Shown piece by piece: positions 1 through 9,237 of a DNA stretch of 57,005 bases. Under the pieces are notes generated by a model. It was not told the DNA's origin, ran no database searches, and saw nothing but the letters and a program-made list of their open reading frames with translations. Origin of the DNA: a virus (lineage: Duplodnaviria; Caudoviricetes); the IMG/VR virus record IMGVR_UViG_3300000095_000003, positions 1-57,005 of that record; one strand, written 5' to 3'. Position 1 is the stretch's first letter. Every line of letters begins with the position of its first letter. Both the position numbers and the translations under genes were made by a program.

Positions 1-711
1 AGGATCGAATAAAGCAGAATCGTTGCAATAAGCATCTACGTCACCAAACAACTTGTCTAAAATTTGGAACTCTCTTTCTGAGTCGAAAAGTTTTTCCTTT
101 TTAAATAGTTGTAAGAATTGTTGTTCAAATTCATCTGCACTAATACGACCTGCAATAAAGTCTTCTAGTAGGTCAATATACTTAGTCATATCTAGTTTTC
201 CTCTCTTTACTACTATCAAACCTTGGAAAATACACTCTAACTTCTCATTGATATAGTCAATCATGTAATCTGGAATGACCATTTGATTCTTCCCAGTATG
301 AATGTTCTCTTCTCTATAGTCTATACCTCTGAGTTTATAATTCTCTTCACAAATTTTGATATACTCATTGATAATCCCAGTAAACTCAAGAAATGGATGA
401 CATTGAGTATTAGCTGCTAGTCTATAAAATGTATTGCTAGCTTCCTTCATTAATTCGAGAGATTGTTCAGGAGTGAGAGTAGTCAAGTATTCTTTGTTAG
501 TTGTCTTCATTATTTTTTCCTCTTGGTTTTCATTACCTAAATAAGTAAATTGTTCAGTATTGCCGTATACCCAAGGACTTCTTATTCCTTCATAATATAC
601 TTTAGTTCTAAAACTTAATCTTTCAACATTTTTCACTGTAAGAACACTTTTGTCATAAGGAGGATTCACAACATCTCCAACTTCTAACTCATCAACTGTT
701 TTTGTAATCAT
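1..711 (-). CDS. ORF running off the window edge; three gene-sized modules in frame, the last resembling a colicin D immunity (ImmD-like) domain
   Basis: Manual translation from ATG 711 has no stop to base 1. Internal AGAGGA+ATG starts at 510 and 189. Last module is MTKYIDLLEDFIAGRISADEFEQQFLQLFK...ILDKLFGDVDAYCND. Absent from the ORF track because no stop lies in the window. Confidence 0.65.
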   Translation of the reverse strand, partial: MITKTVDELEVGDVVNPPYDKSVLTVKNVERLSFRTKVYYEGIRSPWVYGNTEQFTYLGNENQEEKIMKTTNKEYLTTLTPEQSLELMKEASNTFYRLAANTQCHPFLEFTGIINEYIKICEENYKLRGIDYREENIHTGKNQMVIPDYMIDYINEKLECIFQGLIVVKRGKLDMTKYIDLLEDFIAGRISADEFEQQFLQLFKKEKLFDSEREFQILDKLFGDVDAYCNDSALFDP

Positions 712-713
712 TT

Positions 714-1052
714 TTACAGTCCATCAATAATCTCTACACTAGAATATCTTAAATGTCTTTTCATAGATTTATTAAGTCTTCTCCCTACAAAATCCACTCT
801 TAGATAAAGTTGTTTTTTATTACTGAGAAATAACTCCTTATCTGTAACAGCTAAATCAGGTAGAGAGTTAACCCAGATTCTAAATCTTCTCTTTAATTTG
901 ATAGATCTCTTAGACTTTGTATAACATTTGTATCCTTGACTTTTTCCATAATAAGTTCCATCTGAGTTTCTCCATATTTCTAACATCCAACCTTTATATT
1001 CGTAGTCACCCTGATAACCAAACTCTCTATCGGAGAAAGTAACTTTTGGCAT
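714..1052 (-). CDS. hypothetical protein with partial HicB-like N-terminal repeat
   Basis: YEYKGWMLEIWRNSDGTYYGKS resembles the YKGY-LEI repeat in other genes here. Confidence 0.5.
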   Translation of the reverse strand: MPKVTFSDREFGYQGDYEYKGWMLEIWRNSDGTYYGKSQGYKCYTKSKRSIKLKRRFRIWVNSLPDLAVTDKELFLSNKKQLYLRVDFVGRRLNKSMKRHLRYSSVEIIDGL

Positions 1053-1056
1053 CGTT

Positions 1057-1398
1057 TTAAGTATTCAGGTAACTAAAACCTCCTAAAAACATAATAGATT
1101 TAAATGATAAAGTTCTAGTAATTAGATCTACTAATTTTTTCCTTACTTGCTCAACTTCTTCTTCAGAGTAATTTTCACTAAGTCTGCCATAATCTAATAC
1201 ATAAAGACCAAATTTCCATTCTATCCAACCTTCTGCATCAATCTCTACATTGAAAATACCTTCTAGTTGTTCTTTAAATTCCCAAAGAACTTTAGCTAAG
1301 ATATTTATTTCTTCTCTAGATAAACGAGTATGATCCGTAGATACTTCAATTTCAGTACCTGTCTCATTTAATTTAATTCCAATATCGTATGTCATCAT
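1057..1398 (-). CDS. hypothetical protein
   Basis: co-oriented, tightly packed ORF with AAGGAAG RBS. Confidence 0.6.
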   Translation of the reverse strand: MMTYDIGIKLNETGTEIEVSTDHTRLSREEINILAKVLWEFKEQLEGIFNVEIDAEGWIEWKFGLYVLDYGRLSENYSEEEVEQVRKKLVDLITRTLSFKSIMFLGGFSYLNT

Positions 1399-1465
1399 AA
1401 TTTCTTCCTTCCTTTGATTACTTGATTAAGTAGTTTAACGTCATTTTGGACAGAGAGACTAGATA

Positions 1466-2620
1466 CTATTTCTTCTCGTCGTAACGGTCATTCATTATTT
1501 TTGTACTCAATTTGTTATTATTTTTAGTTCTTATTACAATACCTTCTATCACCCAGTTCTCAGTTTGTTTATAATTCTCAAATATCTCATTAGCTTTTGA
1601 GATTAATTCATCATAATTAGAAGCACTAATAGGTAGAGGAACTAGATAATCAATTCCTACATCTTTACAAATACTAACTACTTCATCTGGCAACAATCTA
1701 ACTGCTCCACCAGTATCTAAATCATCAATACCAAATATCTTAATAGACGGCTTCATACTAGCGTGAGGATTTAATTTGTTACCTGAGCCTTTAGTAACTT
1801 CTAATCCATACATCTCACCTCTAAACGCTAATTGTCTATTATTTTCTTGACAATACTTCATTCCACGTTCATATAAACCAGTTGAACGAGATAATCTAAC
1901 CCATCTATCATCGTTGTTTGGGTCATCTATGTCTTTCTTCTCTAAAAGCCTACTGCAAATACCTGTAATTAATTCACCTTCACTCTTCCTAAAATATTGA
2001 GTAAAAGACGATCCATCTATCTTTAAGGTATAAACTAACTCTTCTCCAGCTTCCAATAAACGATTGATGTAAGATTTTATGTTAGCTGCATTTTCCTCAT
2101 TTGTTTTATATAGGAAACCAGGAAGATTACCTTTAACTCTCCCATTACCAAATCGTTCAGGTTCTTCATATTTCGTAATACCTAAGAATTCAGCTAAGTC
2201 TATAATACTGTCATAGTATACAACTTCATTCCTAGAGACTTCTTCAAAAGGCAGCAAAATTCCATTTGAATAGATAACGTCACAACTATCTTCTTTAGTA
2301 AAGTTAAATTTAATCGCTTTAATTCTGTTATTCTTCCCTAACTTAGATTTCTTAGGATCACCATTTGGAGCAATGAAACTAGAGAATAGTTCAGTATCAG
2401 GTACACAATAATCAGGTTGAACGTAGGCCGCTCTCTCCCCTATCTGGTATAAATCTTTCTGAGATACAATATTAAATCCACATTCATTGGTATAATCACT
2501 CTCTTCGGGATTAAAGAAAGAGAAGTTAATAAGCTCAATGTTAGTAGCGGGTTCTCCTGTACCTTTTTTGAATAAAGGACTTTTTGTAGTGATTTTAACG
2601 ATTTCTACTGGGTTAGTCAT
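1466..2620 (-). CDS. ATP-dependent RNA ligase, DRB0094/Rnl5-like (N-terminal OB domain + nucleotidyltransferase)
   Basis: motif I KIDGSS, FRGEMYG, IFGID, EGIVIR, C-terminal KIMN; N-terminal region with SNGILLP. Confidence 0.85.
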   Translation of the reverse strand: MTNPVEIVKITTKSPLFKKGTGEPATNIELINFSFFNPEESDYTNECGFNIVSQKDLYQIGERAAYVQPDYCVPDTELFSSFIAPNGDPKKSKLGKNNRIKAIKFNFTKEDSCDVIYSNGILLPFEEVSRNEVVYYDSIIDLAEFLGITKYEEPERFGNGRVKGNLPGFLYKTNEENAANIKSYINRLLEAGEELVYTLKIDGSSFTQYFRKSEGELITGICSRLLEKKDIDDPNNDDRWVRLSRSTGLYERGMKYCQENNRQLAFRGEMYGLEVTKGSGNKLNPHASMKPSIKIFGIDDLDTGGAVRLLPDEVVSICKDVGIDYLVPLPISASNYDELISKANEIFENYKQTENWVIEGIVIRTKNNNKLSTKIMNDRYDEKK

Positions 2621-2639
2621 AGTTCTTAGTTAGTGTTTT

Positions 2640-2945
2640 TTATAATAAATAAGCTTTTACAGAGTTAATTAACTGTTCAACACTTAAAGATTGAAGTAGA
2701 TTATTAGCAGATTCTACCCCTCTTTCTCCTGCGTATTCTAATTTTCTTGCACTATGATATGGATTTTCTTTCTTTAACATAGAGACTGTATTAACTGGTC
2801 TTTCTAAGTAAATATCTCTACTCTCATCTTCAAAAGCTCCAATATACTCCCCATCATCATTATAAATAGAGATAGAAGTTATATATTCATTAGTCTCTAC
2901 TACAAAAGAGTAAGCTGTATCATCTACTACTACACTTCTTCTCAT
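2640..2945 (-). CDS. hypothetical protein
   Basis: co-oriented ORF, ATGA overlap with upstream gene. Confidence 0.6.
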   Translation of the reverse strand: MRRSVVVDDTAYSFVVETNEYITSISIYNDDGEYIGAFEDESRDIYLERPVNTVSMLKKENPYHSARKLEYAGERGVESANNLLQSLSVEQLINSVKAYLL

Positions 2946-3127
2946 ACAGGATAACTCCTATTTAATATATCTCTTAGATTTTCTATCTTTTGAATTATCT
3001 CTGGAGTAAAATGAATCTTCTTACACTTCTCACATACAAAACCAGGAATTTTAAAGTTTCTACTCTTTATTTTCTTTAATACTAATTTTTGTAGTAATGT
3101 ACCTCCACAAGTAGAACATGAAATCAT
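2942..3127 (-). CDS. YgiT/MqsA-type zinc finger protein (orphan)
   Basis: CSTCGG...IPGFVCEKCKKIHFTPEIIQKIE. Confidence 0.65.
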   Translation of the reverse strand: MISCSTCGGTLLQKLVLKKIKSRNFKIPGFVCEKCKKIHFTPEIIQKIENLRDILNRSYPV

Positions 3128-3432
3128 ATAGTAATCTTTCTTAGTATCAAATTAATACAATTCTCAATCTTTTCTATATTATTTAAAACAGTATATAGAA
3201 ACGAACTATTTAAAGCTTCTTCTCCACCACAGCTATCAATCGCAAATTCCCATGCTAAATGAATTATCTCTAAGTGAAATCCTCTAGATAATAAATCATC
3301 ATAGAAAAGAGTCTTAACTTCTGCTACTAACACTACTTTCTCAGTAAGAGGAGTAGGTTCTTCTATTTCTTTATCATAGATTCCCCACTCAATAAGTTCC
3401 CTTACTTCATTTAACTTACTCATTATCTTCAT
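3124..3432 (-). CDS. hypothetical protein
   Basis: co-oriented overlapping ORF. Confidence 0.55.
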   Translation of the reverse strand: MKIMSKLNEVRELIEWGIYDKEIEEPTPLTEKVVLVAEVKTLFYDDLLSRGFHLEIIHLAWEFAIDSCGGEEALNSSFLYTVLNNIEKIENCINLILRKITI

Positions 3433-4300
3433 CTCCTATAAGAAAATTATCTACTGAAGAAACTGTACTACTTATATTATCTACAAACTCTTGATGTATT
3501 TCTTCTCCTATATCCTCAACCTCATAAATATCTTCTAGATTAGTTTCTTCTACTTTCACTACTTCTATTAACTTTGAGTTTATTAGAGAGATTTCTACTG
3601 GAAGTTCTATATACCAGATATTTAATCTTCCACCATATATACTCTTAAAGTCTCCTTTATCACTAGAAATTATTGAGTATATAAGAGGTAACTCTATCTC
3701 CGTATCATCAAAAGAATCTAAGTTTATTGATATAGAAAACTTATCATCTTGTAAACTTCCATAGATAGGAAAATCTTCTAGATAATCTATTACTTGTTTA
3801 TCTAATGTCTCAACTTCTCTTAGAGGTAATTCTAGTGTATATAGCTTACCTATCTCAACTTCTCTTTTTTCTCCTCTTTTTAACTTAACTTTAGGTTTCT
3901 CTTTATCTTTTACAATAGTATCTTCAAAATGTATGAGAACTTTATCTTCTTGTATAGCCAATCTAATAAGAGCTTTTTTCGAGCAGAGAACTCTTAGATA
4001 AGCAATAAATGATAGAGGTAATTCTTTTAGTAAGTTTTCACTCTGATAATCCATCTCTAAAGTGAGACGTAATAGAGAAGAATCTAATATATAGTAAATT
4101 GTACATAAACTATCTTTAGTCTCTATCAATACTGACTTAATAGTTTTTTGTATTCCTATATCTTCTAGAATGAAGAAGTCTTTGTAATCTTTAGGGGTAG
4201 ATATAGTGAAAATATTATCTTCATCACTTTCACTATATTCGTAAACTAATCCACCTAACGTTTCTCTCTTCTTTTCTATTTGCTCTAATACACTGGCCAT
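3416..4300 (-). CDS. hypothetical acidic protein
   Basis: 294 aa ORF in operon. Confidence 0.6.
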   Translation of the reverse strand: MASVLEQIEKKRETLGGLVYEYSESDEDNIFTISTPKDYKDFFILEDIGIQKTIKSVLIETKDSLCTIYYILDSSLLRLTLEMDYQSENLLKELPLSFIAYLRVLCSKKALIRLAIQEDKVLIHFEDTIVKDKEKPKVKLKRGEKREVEIGKLYTLELPLREVETLDKQVIDYLEDFPIYGSLQDDKFSISINLDSFDDTEIELPLIYSIISSDKGDFKSIYGGRLNIWYIELPVEISLINSKLIEVVKVEETNLEDIYEVEDIGEEIHQEFVDNISSTVSSVDNFLIGDEDNE

Positions 4301-4315
4301 AAATTAATACCTTAT

Positions 4316-4993
4316 TTACTCTTTAACACCAATTAATTTCCAACCTCGATGTGTTTTTTGTTTACCTGCAACTAAAATAGATACTCCTACACGAGTTAAA
4401 TTAAACCTCGTTACAAACTCTTGTTGTAGAAGAGTAAATGTACCGTATTTTTCATGGGTAAGAGTCACTAATTTGCCTCTCTTATTTCTGTTAATCAAAT
4501 TATCTCTATTTTTACCTAATACCCACCCGTTTAAATGTTTTCTCTTACCACTAATTAGGTCACGTATACGGTCTAATTCTGGGTACAACATTTTTAATTG
4601 AAGACGAGTGCCTTTAACTTCCCCGTATTTAAGATTATACAAGGTTATAATTTCAGGATTATATGCTAGATTATTTACACCTTCAATACCTCCTCCTTTA
4701 CTTGTATTGTATCCTTTATCAATATTGCAAGTATCTAAATCAGCAATAAAAAATCTTTCGTATTCGTCTACTTTGTCACAATCTACTTCTGCTAATATAG
4801 TCCACTCCCATGAATCTCTAGGATAGTATTTGAGCGCATTAGCAAAATGATGTGTGTACTTTATAGTATGACGAAAATGATCTTTCATTCTGTTTTCTAA
4901 AGACCTAGAAGTTTTACCTATGTACTTCTTACCACTAATTAAATTTTCTGCACAGTAAATAATAGCTTTAGATTTATTAGTGATAAGAGACAT
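4316..4993 (-). CDS. GIY-YIG homing endonuclease (free-standing) with C-terminal DNA-binding repeats
   Basis: AIIYCAENLISGKKYIGKT, R...H, ERFFI, GYN; two repeats ending GK.K.H.GW.L. Confidence 0.85.
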   Translation of the reverse strand: MSLITNKSKAIIYCAENLISGKKYIGKTSRSLENRMKDHFRHTIKYTHHFANALKYYPRDSWEWTILAEVDCDKVDEYERFFIADLDTCNIDKGYNTSKGGGIEGVNNLAYNPEIITLYNLKYGEVKGTRLQLKMLYPELDRIRDLISGKRKHLNGWVLGKNRDNLINRNKRGKLVTLTHEKYGTFTLLQQEFVTRFNLTRVGVSILVAGKQKTHRGWKLIGVKE

Positions 4994-5011
4994 ATTAAAC
5001 TCCTTACTTAA

Positions 5012-5605
5012 TTACAAAAATTTAGCTAACTGATTTACTAATCTATCTTTGTCATATCTCTCTTGAGTTCCATTAAAGATAATACCGTCAGAATTTGGTT
5101 TGAGATAGCTTTCGTAATAAGACTCTGATTCTTCACTAGAACTTTTATCTGCTAAATCACTTTCTATGTACAAAGATTTATAATCTACTTCATAGCCCGG
5201 GATTCCTTTATGTTCTACTTCACATTGAGTCTTACTACATCTTCCTAGCTTACGAAAATATAGGGCTTGATACGGAAATCTCAAGTCTGATACGAGGAAT
5301 TTAGTAGTACCTGTAATTTCTAGTTCTTGTAAAATCTGGTTATAAACTACCTCACAAAGACAATTCACTCCATATATATCTTTTATTTTTGCGCTAGTAG
5401 CAATAAGTTCAGGTCTAGCAATTTCTTTGTACTTTCTCTGCTCTAATTGTTCTAAAGTTGTTCCATGTATCTGACAATATATATACTTAATTAATCCCAT
5501 TAACTTCAAATGTTTATAACCAAACTGTTCTTTAGCTATTTCAGCAATAAAATCTTTCCCCGAACCAATTGGAGCAGATAAACTAATAATCGTTACTTCT
5601 TTCAT
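5012..5605 (-). CDS. deoxynucleoside monophosphate kinase
   Basis: P-loop APIGSGKD, RPELI, VSDLRFP, terminal IIFNG. Confidence 0.75.
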   Translation of the reverse strand: MKEVTIISLSAPIGSGKDFIAEIAKEQFGYKHLKLMGLIKYIYCQIHGTTLEQLEQRKYKEIARPELIATSAKIKDIYGVNCLCEVVYNQILQELEITGTTKFLVSDLRFPYQALYFRKLGRCSKTQCEVEHKGIPGYEVDYKSLYIESDLADKSSSEESESYYESYLKPNSDGIIFNGTQERYDKDRLVNQLAKFL

Positions 5606-5865
5606 ACTCTTATTCTCTTTTTATGTAAAGCAGCTTTTAATATTTCGATATCTGATTCATAATTTGGGTGGCTAGCTGTTAAAAAGAAGTTCATACAATC
5701 GCAATATATTCTAGTTCCTTTATAAGGAGGAGAAATATTAAACTTAACTGCTTTTATAGCTAAAACGTGTATTAAATGCTTAGATAATACAATAAATAAC
5801 TCATTATCTTCCGTAGAGTTGTCAATATACTTATCTCTTAAAAGTTTAGAAAGACCTTCTTCCAT
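5602..5865 (-). CDS. hypothetical protein
   Basis: co-oriented ORF. Confidence 0.5.
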   Translation of the reverse strand: MEEGLSKLLRDKYIDNSTEDNELFIVLSKHLIHVLAIKAVKFNISPPYKGTRIYCDCMNFFLTASHPNYESDIEILKAALHKKRIRV

Positions 5866-5875
5866 TTAAATCTTC

Positions 5876-5913
5876 AAATAGAAACACTCCACCAATAAAG
5901 ATAGAGTGCTTCC
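5876..5913 (-). terminator. intrinsic terminator-like hairpin
   Basis: GAAGCACTCTATC-loop-GGTGGAGTGTTTC followed by TATTT on minus strand. Confidence 0.5.
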
Positions 5914-5919
5914 AACTAA

Positions 5920-6471
5920 TTAATTATCTACTTTCCATCCAAGATAAGTTTGTAACTTACCTAAAAGTAAAAGTGAAAGTCCTTGTCTAGTCCCACCGTA
6001 GCTATTTAGGAACTCTCTTCTAGTTAAAGAATATCTTCCATGTTCAGGATGAAAAATATTGTATTTCTCTTCTGTAGTTGGTTTATAATCCTTATTACTA
6101 GCTAACCTCCAACCATCAACAATTTTCTCACCCCCATTACCTATACTTTGCGCTCTTTTACAACTGTATCCCTTAGTCTTTAGATACTTCTCCCATAGTT
6201 CTCTACAAGTACATTCAACTTCTCCTATATTTGGATGGTAGAATTTATGTATCTTAGGAACTGTACCATTTTTAGGAGCAGGAACATCTTTATTCTTTGC
6301 TAATCTCCACCCATGAAGACTAAAATGACGTTCTTTTCCTTTACCAGTAAGTAGAGATATTAGATTTGTACCTAACTCAGGATAAATCGCACTTAACTCT
6401 TTCTTAGTGCCGGAAACTAAACCATGTTCGGGATGATAGAGTTCGTAAATTGTGTCTCTTGAGTTATACAT
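5920..6471 (-). CDS. protein of three homing-endonuclease-type DNA-binding repeats, no nuclease domain
   Basis: three repeats [YF]HP..G....T..E......GW[RK], similar to the C-terminus of 4316..4993. Confidence 0.65.
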   Translation of the reverse strand: MYNSRDTIYELYHPEHGLVSGTKKELSAIYPELGTNLISLLTGKGKERHFSLHGWRLAKNKDVPAPKNGTVPKIHKFYHPNIGEVECTCRELWEKYLKTKGYSCKRAQSIGNGGEKIVDGWRLASNKDYKPTTEEKYNIFHPEHGRYSLTRREFLNSYGGTRQGLSLLLLGKLQTYLGWKVDN

Positions 6472-6510
6472 TGTAATCTCCCTAGAACTAAGTGAACAAC
6501 TATTTAATCT

Positions 6511-6870
6511 TTACAATTCATCTAGAATATTAGACTTTAAATCACAAGTAAAAGGATAAAAGATAATCTCTTCTGTTTGATTATCATCACTAACACTTAA
6601 CTTATGAATCCATGGAAGCCCTTTATCTTTATCTATTCCTCTAGTTTTTCGCTCTATTACTGCTCGAGTAGGAATAAAGCTCCTTGTATTTACTTCATAA
6701 TTAGTTCTTACCCATTTCCAAAATTTAAAGAAATACTCATCTATCTTAATATTGAAAGTATCTGACCAAGGTTTACCTCCTACCTCAATTGGAGTATAGG
6801 AAATAAGATTTAAATTAAAATATTTCCTTTTACTTCCAAATAGGAAATCTACATATAAAGTATTATCCAT
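6511..6870 (-). CDS. hypothetical protein
   Basis: co-oriented ORF. Confidence 0.55.
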   Translation of the reverse strand: MDNTLYVDFLFGSKRKYFNLNLISYTPIEVGGKPWSDTFNIKIDEYFFKFWKWVRTNYEVNTRSFIPTRAVIERKTRGIDKDKGLPWIHKLSVSDDNQTEEIIFYPFTCDLKSNILDEL

Positions 6871-6875
6871 ATTAA

Positions 6876-7589
6876 TTAATAATCTTCATAAACTACTGTA
6901 TTATGTGATGTAAATCCTACAAACCTACTTAAATCTATTAAATGTTCTTGTACAGCTTCTCTTATAAAAGCTAAATCCATATCTTCCCAAACATTAAACT
7001 CTTTTTTATCTGCTATTCTTTCATTTTCTTTCACTGGCATTTGCTCTCCTATCTCCTTTGCTTCTTCATTAGTAAGAGCTATACCTGCAAAATTATAATC
7101 TAAATCTGTAACTAAATAGACATTAGTAGAATCTATCCATTCTTTGTTCTCATCTAATATTCCGATTAGTAAGATTCGATAATAACCTTCTTCATCTTCT
7201 CTTCTTACTTTTTTGTTACCTATTATTTTATAGTCTTTGTATAACTCAGTTGTAAAATCTACGTAAATAGTAGGAATATTAAGAACTAATTCATCTACTC
7301 TTTTTTCATAAGTAGAGAAATCAAATATCTCTTCTTCATTATCATTTTCCTCTAATAAATATCTAAAATCTTCTATATCTAAGTTACTCTTAGCAAACTC
7401 TAAGATATCTTCTTCACTATACTCACCACAAATAGATATAACATCTAACTCTATTTCTTGTCCTGTACTTTCTTCATAACATATTAGATAATCATAAATT
7501 AACTCTAAGGCTTCTCTAGAGAAATTATCTTCTCTATTATGATCTATAAAAGCTTGAACAAAATCGTTATAATATACAGTTTTTTTCAT
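6876..7589 (-). CDS. hypothetical acidic phage protein, paralog of 7593..7943
   Basis: NFSREALELIYDYL...ICGEYSE versus KFTREAIEAIFDEL...LCEEFEE. Confidence 0.6.
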   Translation of the reverse strand: MKKTVYYNDFVQAFIDHNREDNFSREALELIYDYLICYEESTGQEIELDVISICGEYSEEDILEFAKSNLDIEDFRYLLEENDNEEEIFDFSTYEKRVDELVLNIPTIYVDFTTELYKDYKIIGNKKVRREDEEGYYRILLIGILDENKEWIDSTNVYLVTDLDYNFAGIALTNEEAKEIGEQMPVKENERIADKKEFNVWEDMDLAFIREAVQEHLIDLSRFVGFTSHNTVVYEDY

Positions 7590-7592
7590 ATA

Positions 7593-7943
7593 CTAGCCAC
7601 TAAAATATTGAGTAACTACAATAGTTTCCTTCTCATATAAGATACGAACTATTTCTTCATCACCATCATCTCCATATACATCCCAAAGTAATTGATTTAT
7701 ATCTTCTGCACTATAATCTGTTTTATTTATCTCGTTTATGTAATAAACAAACTTTTCAAATGTCCACTCTTCAAATTCTTCACAAAGATCTTCAATACAA
7801 CAATAACCAGAATTAGATTCTAACTCATCAAATATTGCTTCTATAGCTTCTCTAGTGAACTTATTTGGGTATTTTTCTTGAACTTCTACAATAAAACTGT
7901 CTAAATCCCAAACATTTCTAACTAATCTATTTAACATTTTCAA
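7593..7943 (-). CDS. hypothetical acidic phage protein, paralog of 6876..7589
   Basis: shared F[ST]REA.E.I[YF]D.L motif. Confidence 0.6.
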   Translation of the reverse strand: MKMLNRLVRNVWDLDSFIVEVQEKYPNKFTREAIEAIFDELESNSGYCCIEDLCEEFEEWTFEKFVYYINEINKTDYSAEDINQLLWDVYGDDGDEEIVRILYEKETIVVTQYFSG

Positions 7944-7950
7944 ACTCTTA

Positions 7951-7992
7951 AAATAAATATAATCTCCCTACTCAAATCTAGAATAGAGAGAT
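7951..7992 (-). terminator. intrinsic terminator-like hairpin
   Basis: ATCTCTCTATTC/GAGTAGGGAGAT stem followed by T-rich tract. Confidence 0.5.
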
Positions 7993-7999
7993 ATGAATA

Positions 8000-8554
8000 C
8001 TACTCGAAAACTACTTTACAACCAGGTAACTTACCTTGAAGAGCTAGCACTTCATTTGGCTCTACCGGATTTCCACTAAGATTTAAATGTACAAGATTAG
8101 TTAATGATTCTAATGGTTTAAGATTAGTTATTTGATTTTCTCTTAGACCTAATCTCCTAAGAGCTTGCATTTGAGATAAAAGAGAAACATCAGATATTAG
8201 ATTCTCTCCTAAATACAACTCTTCTAACTTAAGATTTTCTAAACCATCTAAAAACTTGATATTATTGTCTATTAAATTCAAATGTCTTAAATTCAATAAC
8301 TTAGATAATGGAGCAACATTAGAGATTCTATTACCAAATAATACTAGAGTTTTTATATTATCCAGTGATTCTAATGGCTCAAGAGAAGAGATATCTGACT
8401 CTTGTAGACATACTTTTCCTTCCTCTACGTTTCTCCAATACCAATCAGTGTCTTCTGGAATAGTTACGCCTGAACGTTGCCTCATTACATTAAGAGTTAA
8501 CTTAATTTCAGAGTCTAAAGTATCTATGTTCTGTAACTGTTCAATTAATGTCAT
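8000..8554 (-). CDS. leucine-rich repeat protein (internalin/SDS22-like)
   Basis: about five 22-aa repeats L..L.L..N.I..L.PL..L; C-cap LQGKLPGCKV. Confidence 0.9.
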   Translation of the reverse strand: MTLIEQLQNIDTLDSEIKLTLNVMRQRSGVTIPEDTDWYWRNVEEGKVCLQESDISSLEPLESLDNIKTLVLFGNRISNVAPLSKLLNLRHLNLIDNNIKFLDGLENLKLEELYLGENLISDVSLLSQMQALRRLGLRENQITNLKPLESLTNLVHLNLSGNPVEPNEVLALQGKLPGCKVVFE

Positions 8555-8558
8555 AATC

Positions 8559-8966
8559 TTACTTATTATTTTCTAGTCTTTTGTCTATTTCTTGTAACAT
8601 TTCTGCAAAAAGCTTTTGGTCTCTTTTTACATCTTCAATATAGTCCGAAAAGTAATACTCTACGTCTTTTTTATCTACCTCATTAACAATAGAAGTTTGT
8701 ATTATTACTTCATATATTTTTAAATTTTGATACAGGTAGAAGTCTGCTGGATTTACAAATTTCTTACCTTCTAGAAGTGAAAGAGTGCTAGTATCTTCTA
8801 CTAATGCAAAAAGAAAAACATGGCCACTATTAATTTTATCTACACAAATAGCTAGATAAACCTCACCTCTTTCATTTTTACAACTAAATAGAATAGGAAT
8901 GTCATAATAATCGTAAATCTCTAGATATTCTAATTTACCAAGAATAGTTCCTTCACTAGGTAACAT
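8559..8966 (-). CDS. DUF6575-like protein
   Basis: LGKLEYLEIYDYYDIPILFSCKNERGEVYLAICVD; paralog at 41595..41909. Confidence 0.55.
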   Translation of the reverse strand: MLPSEGTILGKLEYLEIYDYYDIPILFSCKNERGEVYLAICVDKINSGHVFLFALVEDTSTLSLLEGKKFVNPADFYLYQNLKIYEVIIQTSIVNEVDKKDVEYYFSDYIEDVKRDQKLFAEMLQEIDKRLENNK

Positions 8967-9237
8967 TTATATCTCCTAAAATATATAAAGGATTAGTTTC
9001 ATCAGCTTGATTATTTATCCATTCTAGTTTTTGTACTAGAGACAACACATCATTCAGTTGATTAGTATGATATTGTTTTGCTTTATCATCTAATTGTCTT
9101 TCTTTGTCTTCTTCATTGAGCATTGAATCTAACTTATACTTTAAATCTCTAAAGTAATAATAAAGGCTTGCATTTAACTTATCAAACTCCTCTTCACTAA
9201 ATTGAACTGTATAAAGCAACTCTTCATTTTGTTTCAT
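8956..9237 (-). CDS. hypothetical protein
   Basis: co-oriented ORF. Confidence 0.55.
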   Translation of the reverse strand: MKQNEELLYTVQFSEEEFDKLNASLYYYFRDLKYKLDSMLNEEDKERQLDDKAKQYHTNQLNDVLSLVQKLEWINNQADETNPLYILGDINVT

